A stretch of 62,943 nt of DNA, counting the filler, from Reclinomonas americana ATCC 50394 (lineage: Eukaryota), in the NCBI GenBank assembly GCA_048213135.1. It is 17 parts of 17 records of this genome, joined end to end, with 100 filler letters (N's around TTAATTAATTAA, not from the genome) between each part and the next. Parts side by side here need not be neighbours in the genome. Positions count along the whole stretch, not along the records: positions 24,666 to 28,135 come from AFZH01022671.1; positions 28,236 to 32,055 come from AFZH01022672.1; positions 32,156 to 34,071 come from AFZH01022673.1; positions 34,172 to 39,266 come from AFZH01022674.1; 13 more parts are not named here. One strand, given 5' to 3'. Positions 25,615 to 39,125 of this stretch are shown here, one piece after another (positions within the stretch are counted from its first letter, which is position 1; each line of letters begins with the position of its first letter). Both the position numbers and the translations under genes were made by a program. A model generated the notes under the pieces. It searched no databases, was not told the DNA's origin, and saw nothing but the letters and a program-made list of their open reading frames with translations.

Positions 25615-28235
25615 CTGTGAGCGGGGGAGGAGGCAAGGGAGTGAGTGCGATGAAGGGAAAGGAGACACGAAACAAAAAAGGCGAAGGGCTGTGCGGGCGA
25701 AAGCTGACAGGGAAGCCTCTCGTCTCTTCCCGCGTGCGGGAGAGAGAAAAAGAGAGAAAAAACAAGAAAGGGAAGCACGGCAGAACAGAGGGGAAACAGC
25801 TGGTGCGCTTGTCTCTCTCGTCTCTCGCGTATGAGAACAAGATCACGCAGTTTGCATATGTGCGAGAGGCAAAGAGGACAGCGAACGGGCAAGCGAAACG
25901 TGACAAAGAGCTGATGTGCACGCTTGTATCTCTCTCTCCCTGTACACGTGCATACGAAAAGAAACAGTGCGTGTGAGAGGAAGAGAAGAAGGGTATGAAA
26001 CATAAGAGATGAAATGAGACAAGAGATCATTTGCAATCTCTTGTTTCTCTCTCTCTCTTTCTCTCGCGAGAGAGACAAGCAACCTCACGCACCGTGCACC
26101 AAGTGTACAAGAAAGACAGAGAGCGAGAGTGAGGGGAAGATGTGGTGAATGAGAAATAAGAGACGAAATGAAACGTTGCATTCTCTTGTCTCTCTCTCTC
26201 TCTCTCTTTCTCGCATGTGAGAGACAAGCAAGCTGCGCACCGTGCACCACGTGTATGAGAAAGACAGAGAATGAGTGAGAGGAAGAGTATGAAACATAAG
26301 AAATGAAACGACACAAGAGATCATTTAATCTCTTGTCTCTCTCTCTCTCCTTTTCTCGCATATGAGAAACAAGAAAGCTCACAGCGCGCACATGTACGAG
26401 AAGACAGAGAGTGAGAGTGAGGAGAAGAAGACAGGTGTGAGAAGAGATGAAATGAGACAAGAGCGCATTTGCAATCTCTTGTCTCACTCTCTTTCTCGCA
26501 TGTGAGAGACAAGCAAACTCACACAGAGCGCACACATGTAAGAGAAGACAGAGAGTGAGAGTGAGAGTGAGAGGAAAAGAAGAAGAAGTATGAAAGATAA
26601 GAGTTGAAATGAGGCAAGAGCTCATTTGCAATCTCTTGTCTCACTCTCTCTCTCTCTCGCACGTGAGAGACAAGCAAGCTCACACCGCGCGCACACACAC
26701 ACACATACGAGAGAGAGAAACCGCGAGAATGAGACAGACACCGCGCACACAACTCACATTCACACTCATCAATTCCCCCCCTCCTCTCTCTCTCTTTTCT
26801 CACACAAACCCTCTGACATGTTCCGGCACAATTGTGACATGTTGGCAACATCGCGAGGAACCGTCAACACAGTTCCATCCTTCGAAAAACAAAACAAAAA
26901 TGAGAAACGCGCGTGAAACATGGCACAACATAACACAAACAAAACACACATCTCTCTCTCTCTGTGTGTGTATGTGTGTGTGTGCGCGCGCGTGTGTGTG
27001 TCACGCACACTCTCATTGTAAGTGCAAAATGTGCAAAGGATAAGTGTCACCTAAAGTCACCTAACCAACGCCTTCCTTACACACACACACACTCTCTCTC
27101 TCTCTCACTCTCTCACTCTCTCTCACATCCACACATACTCTCACACACGCACACAACACACACACAACACACACAAACACACACACACACACACACTCAC
27201 ACACACTTTCTCATTGTTACACAAAAGTGCAAAGGATAAGTTGCCACCTACAGTCGCCTAACAAGCACCTTCTCTCTGTCTCACACACACACATACACAC
27301 ACTCCTTCTCACACAGCGTGTTGTCCCCCAACCTCTTCTCACTCACTCTGTCTCTCTCTCACACACACATACCTGTGCTTGCAACTGGACAGTCGGTCCC
27401 GCATGTGCTTCCGTGTCTGCCATTTTGTGTGTCTTTGAGAGCTGTGTGTGTGTGTGCTTGCGCGTTGTTGGCGTGTGTGGAAATGATCTGAAATTTCCGC
27501 AAAGTTATTTCTAACGTTGCGGGCCCGCGTCGATGTCGACTTCCATGCGGTGAGCGTCTTCCTCTCGTTCTTCTTCTCTCTGCTCCTGCATGGCACATTG
27601 CATCGATTTTCTTGTTGCTGATCGTGCATATTTCGATTGTAAAGCCAGCTTGTCTTCTCTTTCTCAAGATCGTCTTTCCCTCTCCTTCCCCGCTCGACAT
27701 TGCCTTCTTTCCTTGCTTCTTGCAAGCTCTCTCATGCAGCAGATCATGCATATTTGATTGCAAAGAACAGCTCGTCACCTTCTCGGTTTTTTGACGATCT
27801 TCTGTCTCTCTCCTCCCTCTCTTCCCTCTCTTCCCCTCTCTTCTCTCTCCCTTCTTCTCCACACTCCCCCTCCCCTTCTTTTCCTGCATGTTCTCGGGCT
27901 GCAGTTCTTGCAGCTAATCACTCCTGTTTCCGACGATCTTCTGTTTCTCCCTTGCCCTCCTCTCTCTTTCCGTTCCTCCCTCTCTTTCCGTTCCCCCCTC
28001 CCCTCCTTTTCCTGCATGTTCTTGTGCTGCAGATCACGCCTATTCGCACACAACAGCTCGTCACCTTCCCGTTTTCTGACGATCTTCCCTCCCTTCCCCT
28101 TCTCCCCTTCTCCTCCCCTCCCTTCCCCCTTCCTANNNNNNNNNNNNNNNNNNNNNNNNNNNNNNNNNNNNNNNNNNNNTTAATTAATTAANNNNNNNNN
28201 NNNNNNNNNNNNNNNNNNNNNNNNNNNNNNNNNNN

Positions 28236-31200
28236 GAGCCTGCTGGTGGTTGGCCGGGCATGAAAAACTGTGGAGTCGCGGGCGATGCTCCGCCACCACC
28301 ACCACCACCTCCGCCACCGCCAAGATGACCACCGGCACCTGGCATGAGGAACGACGGTGGTGCCGTCGACGCCATGGCCGGCATTGCCGGCGGCGCGGCG
28401 TTGGGTGGCATCATGAGCTGCATTGTCTGGTCAGCAATCACACTCATCAAGCATCATCCATCATCTGTGTCACTCACTCACCGAGGCGATTCCAAACTGA
28501 CTCGGTGGCGCAGCCGATGACGACATGCTGGATGAGGGCGGTGGCGCGCCGAGTGAGTCCATTGGCGGTGGTGCCATGAGCTGCGACAGCATGTCGGCGC
28601 CACTGGAGGCCGGCTTGGAAGTGGCCGGCTTGGCGGGTGAGCTGTGCGTCGGGTTGTGCACTGCAAAAGAAAAAACAGACAAGCGACTGTGGCGTGAGGA
28701 GCAAGAACGAATGGAGGAGCGCACATTCACGCGCGCGCGCAAGACACACACACGCAACTGCGTGCCAGTTCGTCGGCAGTGGGAGGCCGTGGGGCAGAAC
28801 CACCGGCCGGCTCACCACCGTCGGGCGACACCCATCTCTCCAGCTCCTTGGACCACACCAGCTGATTCGCCTTGCCCAACTTCGCTTGCTTCGGCTTCGG
28901 TTTCGAGCCGCCACCGAGCAGGTTTTTCAACTGTTGCGCCAGGGGAACAAACAACCAAATAAAATGTGAGCAACCGGAGAGAGATCAAACAGGTAAGGGC
29001 AACACTCACCGCGCCGAACAATCCACCACCGCCACTCGACACCGGCTTGTCCAGGGTCGGAGAGGACGACGATGCGGCCTTTTGTGGGGTGGACGGTGCC
29101 GACGATCGGTCATCATCCGAATCCGAATCCGAGCCTGTGTCGTCCGAGTCGGACTCGGAACTGTCGTACGAGGAGGAACCGGGCTTGGCCGGGCTGCGAT
29201 CGGACGATGACTTGGAGGGCTGATGATGATGGTGGTGCTGCTGCTGTTGCTGCGGTGGTGGCTGTCCATAGGTTTGTGGAGGCTGTTGTTGCTGCGGTTG
29301 CGGTTGCGGCTGCTGCGGCATCATCATTGGCTGCATCGGTGGCTGCTGCGGCTGTGTCGGCATGAGGAATGGGCCCGCGGCACCGGCAGGCATCATGAAC
29401 GGCGCAGCAGGCATCATGCCTGGCGCCGTTGGCATTCCCGCCGTTGCCATCATCTGCGGCATCATCATCACCGGCTGCGGCGGCTGCGAAACTCCCTGTC
29501 GCATCTGACCAATCTGGGCAGTCGGTGACGAGGACGAAGACGATGATGAGGTGGGTGATGAGTTGCTGGTCGGCACGGTTGGCATGGGTCGCGGGGCCGT
29601 GTTGGGCGGTGCGCGGGGACCTGCCGCTGCGGGTGAGCACATTGAATCAACAAATCCAGCATATTCTCACACAAACCGAGTCGCGGATCCGAGTTCTGCC
29701 GCCGCTGGCCGCCCTGTGCGGCGCTCGAACCATCCGAATCCGACGAGTGATGCGACGCCGGCGAACCAGAGCGTGGCTGGAAGACAGCGCCCACAGCACT
29801 GGCAATGGAAGAGAGAAATCCGCCACCACTGCTGCTGCCGGTGCTGCTTGCGCTACTGCGCGCGCTCCGTCCAGAGCTGTTCTCCAGCACCGAGAATACG
29901 CGGGAATGCAACTCTGCGGAGGGAGGGGGAGAGAGCGAGAGCGAGTGTGTGAGGCCATACGAAGAATGCAATTGCACACGCCCACACTTCCATGACAAAC
30001 CTCGCAGATTGTGCATGAACACGCGACCGTACGGTGCCTGCTTCGATGTTGCCTCCACCACCTGCTCAATGTCGACCAAGTAGTCGGCGGCCTTCTCGAG
30101 CTCACCGATCTCACAAAGCCAGTGTGCATGCAGGAGACGGAACACTGCAATGATCACACGCGTCAACATGACACAATAACACGTTTGAGATGCAGAGGAT
30201 CACACAACAACGGTTGTACCTTGCAGCGACGGCAGCGGTTGCCCGCCGTTGCGACGATTGGAGAACTCCAGGATCTCGGTGCGATGAATGGCCGCGGCAT
30301 CGATAAATGTACATGGTCTGTGTGGTGCGATGAGAATGTGGCGGCGCGGAATCACAGTAAGCTAATCACCCCACGCACCTAAACATGTGATCCGCACCAA
30401 CCAACACCATGCGAGGGGGCGGATTGCGCAGGCTGTCCACCGTGCAATGCGCCGTCAAATAACACAAATGCGCCGATTCCACCCTTCCGTCGTGATCCCA
30501 CAACGCGTCACCCATCGACACAATCGCGCGATCGGAGCCCGGTGCCCGATTCGCCAGCAACAATGCCAGATTCTCCTTCCATCGCTCCGTTGGAGAGCGC
30601 TGCGGCGGTGGCTGCTGCTGCTGTTCTTGCGCTGTCGGTCTGGCAAAGGCGTTCTTCTCGCGCCGCGCAAACACCATCAGGAGTGCGCGAAGCGGCGAGT
30701 CCTCGGGGAACTCGTTCTGTGCAAAGGCCGCCAGCACGGTCTCGAATGTTTCCTGGGCATGCATGGAATGAGCGCGGCCTGCCTCATACACATCCTGCAC
30801 AGCCCCTCCCAAGCACACACCTTGTCCGACAAGAAGCACGAGAGAGCGAGAGCCTCGGCCCACAACTGGTACTGAGCGCACACATTCAGCGCATTCTTCC
30901 GCTGTCCGGCAATCAGCAGCGACTCCACGTGACACAAGGCGGCGGCGCGATCTTGAGCAGGTGTCGGTTCGGCAAGCGTGGTGTACGACTGCGCGGCGGT
31001 GTCGCCGTGCACGTCCTGCAACAGAAGCTGCTGCAGGCGCGCCACCATGTCCTCATCCTCCGCCGACCGCTCACACATCAAGCGGAGAAGCGTCAGCAGT
31101 TCCATCATGGAGCGGTTGCCGAGGTCCGCGTGCAACTTGGCCTGCGTGTTAATGTAGTGCGAGACCTTGTCCTGTGATGCGAGACATGGGAATGAGATTG

Positions 31201-34043
31201 GAGAGAGGAGAGAGAGGAGGGGGGTGAAGGGAAACAACTACACTCACCACCGACGAGTTGGCCGTAAGGGGACCGGGGAAGGAACGGAGAACGTGGAGAT
31301 GGTAATCCCACGAAGCGCTCTGCGAGTGCCTGTCGAGGTTGCGCAGCGGCAGGATTGTCACACGCGTTCCACGATTTTGTGCCTGGCGTACCACACAATG
31401 TGGTGAGAAATCGGAAACGCGAAAAGACCAGGAGGATCACAGTGTGTGCGGAGCTCAACCTGTGGTGCCTGGCGTTGTGGTTGGCGCTGCTGCTGCTGTT
31501 GTTGCTGACCAGGGAACACCACCACCATCTTGCCACCGAAACCAAACGTCACCACGGGATGGGGAGCGTGCAGTGGATGGGGCGCCACGTGTGTTGGATG
31601 CTGCCGACGGACCCCATCACGTGTGAGAAAACAACCCAAAACCGAAGGAATTTCACAACACCGACGCAACATACGACCCGTGATACAACATGCCGGGATA
31701 GTACGGTTCGGCGGCGCCAGTGTGGACACGGCCGTGATGCGCACCGTGTTGCGGGTGCATCTGATGACCGTAGTGCGGCTGCGGCTGCGACTGATGATGA
31801 TGGTGCTGGTGTTGATGCTGATGTTGGTGCGTGGGAATGAAGGCATTGGGTGGCAGCTGCGCGGCAAACTGCTGTTGTTGCTGCTGGTGCTGCTGTTGCG
31901 GCATCATGCCTGGCGGTTGTCCTGGAATCATCATCTTTGGCTGTTGCGGCTGCGGCTGCGACGATGGCACAGCTCCACCGGGTTGAACAGGCATGAAAAT
32001 ACGAGGCTGCTGCGGCTGCGCTTGCGGCTGCTGCCCTGGATGCATCGGCGGTGCGNNNNNNNNNNNNNNNNNNNNNNNNNNNNNNNNNNNNNNNNNNNNT
32101 TAATTAATTAANNNNNNNNNNNNNNNNNNNNNNNNNNNNNNNNNNNNNNNNNNNNTACGGTTGACCAGGCATCATGGGTTGTGGTTGGCCAGGCATCATG
32201 GGTTGCGGCTGTTGTGGAGCAGAGACGGGTCGTCCTGGAGCCGTCGGTGCCGCCGTGGCAGGTTGCATGGGCATGGTGGGCACAAAGGCGTTGGCCGGCA
32301 CGTTGACGCCGCCGGTGGGAGCACCGATACGCGGGTTGCCCATGAACGGCGGTTGTTGTGTCGACGGCGGGAAGGGTGCCCGTTGCGGCGGATCCTGCGG
32401 CTGGAATGGAGAATAAGCGCCCTGCAGATGCGAATAGCGATCCACAGGCGCTGCCCCGCTCGTAGGCGTGCTGCCCTGGAACGGCGACATTGCCGGCGAC
32501 ATCGGCGACGACGCAACAGCCGATGATCCCGGTCCACTGGCGGTGGGAGTCCTCTGTTGCGGCTGCTGCTGCAGATACGCGGGAACCACGTCGTGGCGCG
32601 GACCGTGTGGACTTGTCGGCGCCTCTCTCCGCGGGTGCATCATGTGTCCCTCAGCATCGTGCTGTCGGAGCACCTCGGGAGTGAGCAACGGAGATGGTGG
32701 GGCGGCAAAGTGGGCCATGGAGCCGGCGGGACGCGAGGGAGTGTCCATGTAGCGGTGCTGCAGGCGCGAGCCCGGCAGCTGCTGTTGTTGCTGCTGCTGG
32801 TGTTGTTGCTGCTGCTGCTGCTGGTCGCTCTCTTCACCGGCAAACAGCGAAAAGTTAATGTTGCGACGAGCTGTGGTATCGTTGGTGAGTGACACAACAA
32901 AAGGGGGGGCGATGTGTCGGCCACTCCACCCACCTCCACCAGATGCAAATATATCCGCTGTCGGTGACGGCGACCCAATGCCGAAATCCGCAGCATTCGC
33001 AAACGGATCGTCGTCATCGTCGTCATCCGCACCACCAAACGGATCTGTAGCGTACGAAAGAGAGAAAAAGCGTGAGACGCTGATCGCCACGGGTGGCAAG
33101 AGAGGGTGGGAAACTCAACTGTCTTCCACCTCGCGCACTTGTGCCACCTTGAGCTTGCGCTTATCTTGCGATCCCGGCGATATCGGCGTCGTCGCTCCCA
33201 CACTATGCGACTGCGACTGCGACTGCGACGGAGGTGCGGGTGACGGCGCCGCTGGCGACTGTCTCGTGCTCAACTCAAAGTCGTCCGCATCATCAAACTC
33301 GGCCGACAAGCCAGCCTCCGCCGGCGGTGCCGCGGGAGGAAGCGGCAGTGACACAGCAAGAGGCACAGCATCCTGCTCGCCCTCATCGACCGTCGGCTCT
33401 CCACCGCCACCACCAGCAGCAGTAGCAGAAGCAGGTCCAACACTCTCATCCTCGTCCTCCTCGTCGTCAGCGTGGAAGAGATGGCGTGGTGGCTGCGAGA
33501 GGGTTACCACGGATCGTCTCTGTGGGGGGGAGAGGAGGAGGAGGAGAAGGAGAAGGGAGGGTGAGTGGAGGAAGGAGAAGGAGGGAGAGGGGGAAGGAGA
33601 AGGAGGGGAGAGGGGGAAGGAGAAGGAGGGGAGAGAGGGCGAAAGGGAGAAGGGAGACAGGGGGAAGGGAGAGAAGTAAGGAGAAGGGAGGAGAAGGGTG
33701 GAAGTGGGAGAGAGAGAGTGTGTGTGTTGATGTTGGCGAAGGTGAGATAGAATCCATGCAGGCTTGGGATTGTCAACGAGAAGGAGAGCCAAGCGAGAGG
33801 CATGGAGTACGCATGACAAGAGAGAATGACGAGGAATGATGCTCACAGGCGCATCAGCACTGACAGAAGCAAGAGACACACCGTGCACGCATGTGCGCGT
33901 GAGAATGTGCACTGCTAACGTGGATGCTTTCTCTCAAACACTCGCGCTCATGTGTGTGTGTGCGTGTGTGTGTGTGATTGAGCAGGATGACGACAACAGA
34001 GCGCACTTGTCGAACCTTCTCCTGTGAACGCTTTCGCTTTCAT
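28236..34043 (-). CDS. SEC16: Sec16 COPII scaffold protein, multi-exon, spans gaps; start and end uncertain
   Basis: PVVTFGFGGKMV, SFPGPL, WKENLALLLANR...IVSMGDALW...AHLCYL, MVLVGADH, HAHWLCEIGE..KAADY and KQAKLGKANQLVWSKELERWV, embedded in Pro/Gln-rich regions. Confidence 0.88.
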
Positions 34044-34581
34044 CAAGCTCTCTCTCTCTATCTCCGTGTGCNNNNNNNNNNNNNNNNNNNNNNNNNNNNN
34101 NNNNNNNNNNNNNNNTTAATTAATTAANNNNNNNNNNNNNNNNNNNNNNNNNNNNNNNNNNNNNNNNNNNNTGTGCGTGTGCGACGTTGGACAATGGACA
34201 ATGCAATTGTCCACACCGCAGTTCCCTCGCCGATCGACGCCGCGACAGATTCGCCAACACGCAACAGCAAGAATACCATCTAACAAGCAACAGCTTCATC
34301 TGTGTCCAGATCCGGAATTCGAGTTCGAGTTCGCGAAGGCTTTGGAAGTCGATTTTTTCGAGACCATCGCGAATTCGCTTCGAAATGTTGCAGAAACGCC
34401 AGCATGCCATCTCGGCTTGTTCCCGAGATGTCTGTGTGCACTCAAGATGCTGATCATCATGCAGTAGTGTTGCTGTTTGGATTAGTAAAGTTGTTGTTGT
34501 AACAGGTAAATGTACAAATCGATTTCATGCACCAAACAATCGCAGTTCTCGACTTGCTCGAAGCTCCGAGAGCACACACAC

Positions 34582-34612
<31 letters not shown>

Positions 34613-34737
34613 TAAGAAAAGATCCAAGAAATCCTATCGCTGCCTGCAGGACTGCGCTTGAGTTGCATCCGCAACATCAATCACAAACACCACACTTGAC
34701 GGCGGCACGACCCAGCCTTTTCTCCGAATCTCTCCAC

Positions 34738-35838
34738 CTACAGGTGCAGTCGAGGATCAGCGGCACACCGATGCACCACAACCGCAGCCTCCTCCACCAC
34801 AAAGCAGCGCAGTGCCATCTCTGGCAAGCAGCGCGAGTCCACGTCGTCGTCGCCCCCTCCGTGCTGCATCTCCCGCACTGCAAGCATCGCGAAGCGTGCT
34901 GCATGGAGCTCTTGCCTGGCGAGCCCCAGTAACGTGGACCACACTCGTATACTGTTATCCATACTTCCACTGACAATGTGCTGCCCATCGTGAGAGACGG
35001 CGACTGACGACACAGTTTTGGCGTGCCCCCTCAACTGCAGTACCTCCCGTCCATCCTCGACGGACCAGACTCGCACTGTTTCGTCATCGCCGCCACTCAC
35101 AATGTGACGGCAGTCGCCAGTGACGGCGACAGAGAACACATCTTGAACGTGCCCCTCCAATCGCAGCACCTCTTTGCCACTCGCCAGTGACCACACTCGC
35201 ACTGTCGCATCCCGACTCCCGCTCACAACATGCTGGCCATCGGGAGTGACAGCGACAGAGTATACATCTGCTGTGTGTCCCTTCATCCGGCGCACCTCCT
35301 CGCCACTCTCCACTGACCACAACAGTACAGTCTTGTCATCTGTGCCACATGTACAAACAACGTGCTTGCCGTCGGGGGTGACAGCAACAGAGGACACCTC
35401 ACCAGTGTCTCCCTCAAATTCTTGCACTTCCTCCCCACTCGCAAGCGACCACACTCGCACGGTCGTTTCATCACCACCGCTCACAACAAGCTGACTATCG
35501 GGAGAGACAGCAACACATTCCACCGCATCATAGTGTCCTTCTGGACCCAACTGTCGCACTTCCTCCCCGCTCTCCCACGACCACACACGCATTGTGCCGT
35601 CAGCGCCACCACTCACAATGTACTTGCCATCGGGGGTGACGGCAACAGACAACACTCTATCAGTGTGCCCCTCCAACCGTCGCACCTCCGCTCCACTCGC
35701 CAGTGACCACACTCGCACTGTCGCGTCCCAGCTGCCACTCACAACGTGCTGACCGTCGGGAGAGATGGCGACACACATCACCAGCTCATCGTGCACTACC
35801 GGCAGACACTTGCTGATAAAGAGAGGGGGCGAAGACAT
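34738..35838 (-). CDS. Intronless WD40-repeat protein with 7 highly similar repeats and a short C-terminal tail
   Basis: Repeats of GH...V.SVAVTPDG.HVVSGS.DATVRVWSLASG.EV..L in a single uninterrupted ORF. Confidence 0.92.
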   Translation of the reverse strand: MSSPPLFISKCLPVVHDELVMCVAISPDGQHVVSGSWDATVRVWSLASGAEVRRLEGHTDRVLSVAVTPDGKYIVSGGADGTMRVWSWESGEEVRQLGPEGHYDAVECVAVSPDSQLVVSGGDETTVRVWSLASGEEVQEFEGDTGEVSSVAVTPDGKHVVCTCGTDDKTVLLWSVESGEEVRRMKGHTADVYSVAVTPDGQHVVSGSRDATVRVWSLASGKEVLRLEGHVQDVFSVAVTGDCRHIVSGGDDETVRVWSVEDGREVLQLRGHAKTVSSVAVSHDGQHIVSGSMDNSIRVWSTLLGLARQELHAARFAMLAVREMQHGGGDDDVDSRCLPEMALRCFVVEEAAVVVHRCAADPRLHL

Positions 35839-35972
35839 GAGAGGCGGCTCTGAGAGAGGGAGAGAAAGAGGTGAATCAGCTCGCAGCAACAGTATAGTAG
35901 TAAATGAGTGACAGTGGGACAACCCACGAACCCGCCCACTTCCACTGCTCAATCAAGCAGCCACGCACAACG

Positions 35973-36077
<105 letters not shown>

Positions 36078-36381
36078 GCTCATGCAAGGACTGCAGCATG
36101 CATGTGCGCAATCAGCATTGTGATTGAGATATCGAAGCATCCTTTCGAATTCCGCCATTCAACGTCTCTCCACAGCCTCATGCGCTTACAGAACAGCAAC
36201 ACAGCAACGTCAGCAAACAGAGAAAGATTATGCGACGGGAAACTCCGCTTGAGACATGCATTGCTTGTGGACAACGAACCCACTGAAAGCGTTTCTGTCG
36301 AGTCCCTGATTCTTTCACCGTCGCTCAGCGCGCACAGACCACCCCCCTCCTTACGCCCTCCTCTTTCACCATCATCACCAA

Positions 36382-37112
36382 ATGGCCTCCACTGTCACCG
36401 GCTCACGCGTGATCATTGTCGGCGCCACCGGCAACATTGGCCGCGGCGTGGCCCTGGCCTTCCTCAAGCACGGTGCCGCACAAGTGGCACTCGTCGGCCG
36501 CGATCAGGCGCGCCTCGACTCGCTTGTCAGTGAGTACCTGAGCGAGTACGACTCGGACGGCCGTATTGTTCGCATTGCCGGCGACGTGTCCTCTCCGGAG
36601 GGCGCCGAGGCTGTCGCGCGCTCGGCGTATGAGCAGCTGGGAGGATCGGTGCAGCATGTCGCGGTATCTGCTGGTCCGTGGGTCCCCGTGCGCACGCTCA
36701 CCAGTGCCACTCCACAGCAAGTGCGCTCGTGATTACTTGTGAGAGGTATTCGAATTCTCCTCTCACTGCCCTTTGTTCTTCCGCGCGCGTGCAGTTTGCT
36801 GGCGCTCTCGAGTCCAACGTGCTCTCGCACTTTTACGCGTACAAGTTGCGCCTTAAAGCTGGCAGAGACTCGTTGCGAGAACGAGGCAACTAACGGAGAT
36901 CTTTCTGCAGGGCGTTCCATGCGGAGATTCTCAAGGCCGGCACCGAGACCTCGTATACGTTTATGAATGGCACTGGTAAGTTCTCCGCGAAAGCAGAGGG
37001 AGAGGAGGGTGAGGTGCTCAGTCTTGTGGTGTGCAGCGTTCCGTGGACTGCCGGGCACATCGGTGACAGGTATTTGCACGACGGCGGTGCAGGCCATGGC
37101 CAAGTGCATTCA
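36382..37112 (+). CDS. Short-chain dehydrogenase/reductase (atypical), apparently 3' incomplete
   Basis: Rossmann motif IIVGATGNIGRGVA, then LVGRD..RL, AGDVS and VSAG. Introns 36721-36794, 36845-36910 and 36976-37036. Confidence 0.82.
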
Positions 37113-37543
37113 GTTTCGTGCCCTGCGAGTGGGCAGCGTGCGCGCAAGTCTCCTCCTTGCTTCTCTACCCATTCCGCGCCTCCTCCGCTTCTTCCTTTGC
37201 CTTTTCCTCCTCCTCCTCCCCCTTTTCCTCCGCCTCTTTTGCCCTGTTTTTCTTCCTCTTCTTCTTCTTCCTCCTCCCCCTCCTCTTCCTCCCCGCCTCT
37301 TTTCACTGTTTTTCTTCCTCTTCCTCCTCCTCTTCCTCCTCTTCTTCCTCCTCTTCTTCCTCCTCCTCCTCCTCCTCCTCCTCCTCCTCCTCCTCTTCCT
37401 CTTCCTCCTCCTCCTCCTCCTCCTCCTCCTCCTCCTCTTCCTCCTCCTCCTCTTTCCCCTCGTCCTCCTCCTCCTTTTCCTTCCCCTTTCCTCCCCCTCC
37501 CCCCACACCCTTCCCTTAATCACACCCTTCCCCCCCTCCCTAG

Positions 37544-38557
37544 TTGAGCTGTTCGCCCCCCGCTCCCTCTGCACCCTCCGCCTCGTGTCGGTGCGCGCCC
37601 GATCCACCTTCTACCAGCAGCTCTTCGCCCGCCTGCACTACCTGCCGCTGCTGTCGACGCTGGAGCTCACGCGCGTGCACATGGACGGCAACTCGCTGGT
37701 GCGGCTCGGCGACTACGTGGCCACCACGGCCACACTGCGTGCGATACACTTGGAGTTCCTGGACGACACTCCCACCAGCAACACCGTCGCACAGCGTGCG
37801 CAGCTGTGTGCGCTGCTGGCCTCGTCGCCGTCGCTGCCGCAACTCGAGTCGCTGCGTCTGTGCGACCTGGCCGACCCCGAGGCACAAGCAGACAGTGGCG
37901 TGGTGGTGGCGTTCCGCACGCTGGCCGCCGCCCTGGCCACCCACTGCCAGGCCCTGCGAGTGCTGCACCTGTCGGCGCGCGCCTCGGTGCTCGTGCACGA
38001 CGTGTCGAGCGAGGTGGATGTGGGCACGCTGTTCTACGGGTGCCCGCTGGTCGACTCGACGAGTCTGCAGGCGCTGTGTCGCTCGCCGACGCTGATGCGC
38101 ACGCTGCGCGAGTTCAGCTTTGATGCATCGCTGTGCACCAGCGATGGAGTCGTGGAGGAGCTGGCCTGCGCGATGGTGGCTCCCGGCGGCTGCTCACTAG
38201 AGTACTTGCTGGTGTCGAACTATCCGCGCGACGCGTCGCCCGGTCCCGTGTTCAACTCGTTCTTCAACACGCTGGCGGGGGGACCCTGTGCGCTGCGCAC
38301 GCTGCGAGGTTCGTTTAGTTTATTCCCTGATAAGTTGTTTTGCCTTCCGCCTCACACTCACTTGTATAGTGATGCGATGCTCATTCGGTGTTGCCGCCTT
38401 GGAAGGACTCACGGCCGTGATTCGGTCGTGCACAGCACTGCGCATGCTGGAGGTGGCGGCCAACGACCTCAACAAGGTCCAACAGCGGCGTCTGCTCGAC
38501 GCGGCCACCAGTGCGCGACGATACGATCTCAACATTGTCACGACGTTTCAGAATTGA
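37544..38557 (+). CDS. Leucine-rich-repeat (RNI-like) protein, 5' end unresolved
   Basis: LxxLxL repeats (LSTLEL, LRAIHL, LESLRL, LRVLHL, LRMLEV). One intron at about 38309-38369. Stop TGA ends at 38557. Confidence 0.7.
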
Positions 38558-38655
38558 GTGAAATCGCTGCGGCGTGTGTGTTTAATGATTCTGGCGGCGA
38601 CACGTGGGTGCGTTCCTACTGTCTCGCGTCAGGAGAAGAGGAGGCACATGCTGGC

Positions 38656-39125
38656 TCAGTGCGCAATCTCGAACGTGGTCTCGCCGGCGCGCGTGGTGAG
38701 GTTGACAGCGGAGCCAGACGACGGTCGGTCGCTGCCCTCGCTCCATTGCACCAGTTTCCTGCGTGATGTGTGAGATGGAGATGAGAGGGGGGCAAAGGGG
38801 GAGAGTGCGTTGACACGCAACTCGGCCACCGCGGCAGTCGGGGTCCACGTGGAAAAGTCAGAGTTGGGCATGCTGTGCGATGAAAGGGTGTGAAGCAAAG
38901 TATGAAAGCAGTGCGGTGACGAGAGTACTCACAAGCGGCGGTTCATCGGGGTGTCGAGAATGATACTGCGGCGGAGGGAAGTGAGGGGAGAGAGATTGAA
39001 GAGGAACTGAGGAGGGGGACGCAACGGGCGGATGCACACGACAGCGGAGCCGGAGGGAAGGCCAGAGTCGGCGGCGGCGAGGCTCTGGGTCAGCTGGTGC
39101 ACGGCGGCCTTGGCGGCGCCGTAGC
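38656..39125 (-). CDS. QDPR: Dihydropteridine reductase, 3' exons
   Basis: [21 protein letters not shown]...[20 protein letters not shown]...W....RPSSGS matches the QDPR C-terminal half. Confidence 0.92.

Noticed and set aside
25900..26700. Repeated blocks resembling a CRISPR-like or structured array
   Set aside because: Degenerate low-complexity GA-rich intronic duplications with no constant repeat/unique spacer pattern, in a eukaryotic context with no cas genes.
36967..37607. Long poly-Leu/Pro/Ser/Arg/Glu ORFs here and at other GA/CT tracts
   Set aside because: They are translations of stop-free intronic microsatellites, not proteins.
38548..38773. Apparent non-GT donor (AATTGAGT) extending the LRR gene into ORF 38558-38773
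   Set aside because: That ORF is the antisense shadow of the last QDPR exon. The LRR gene simply stops at TGA 38555-38557.
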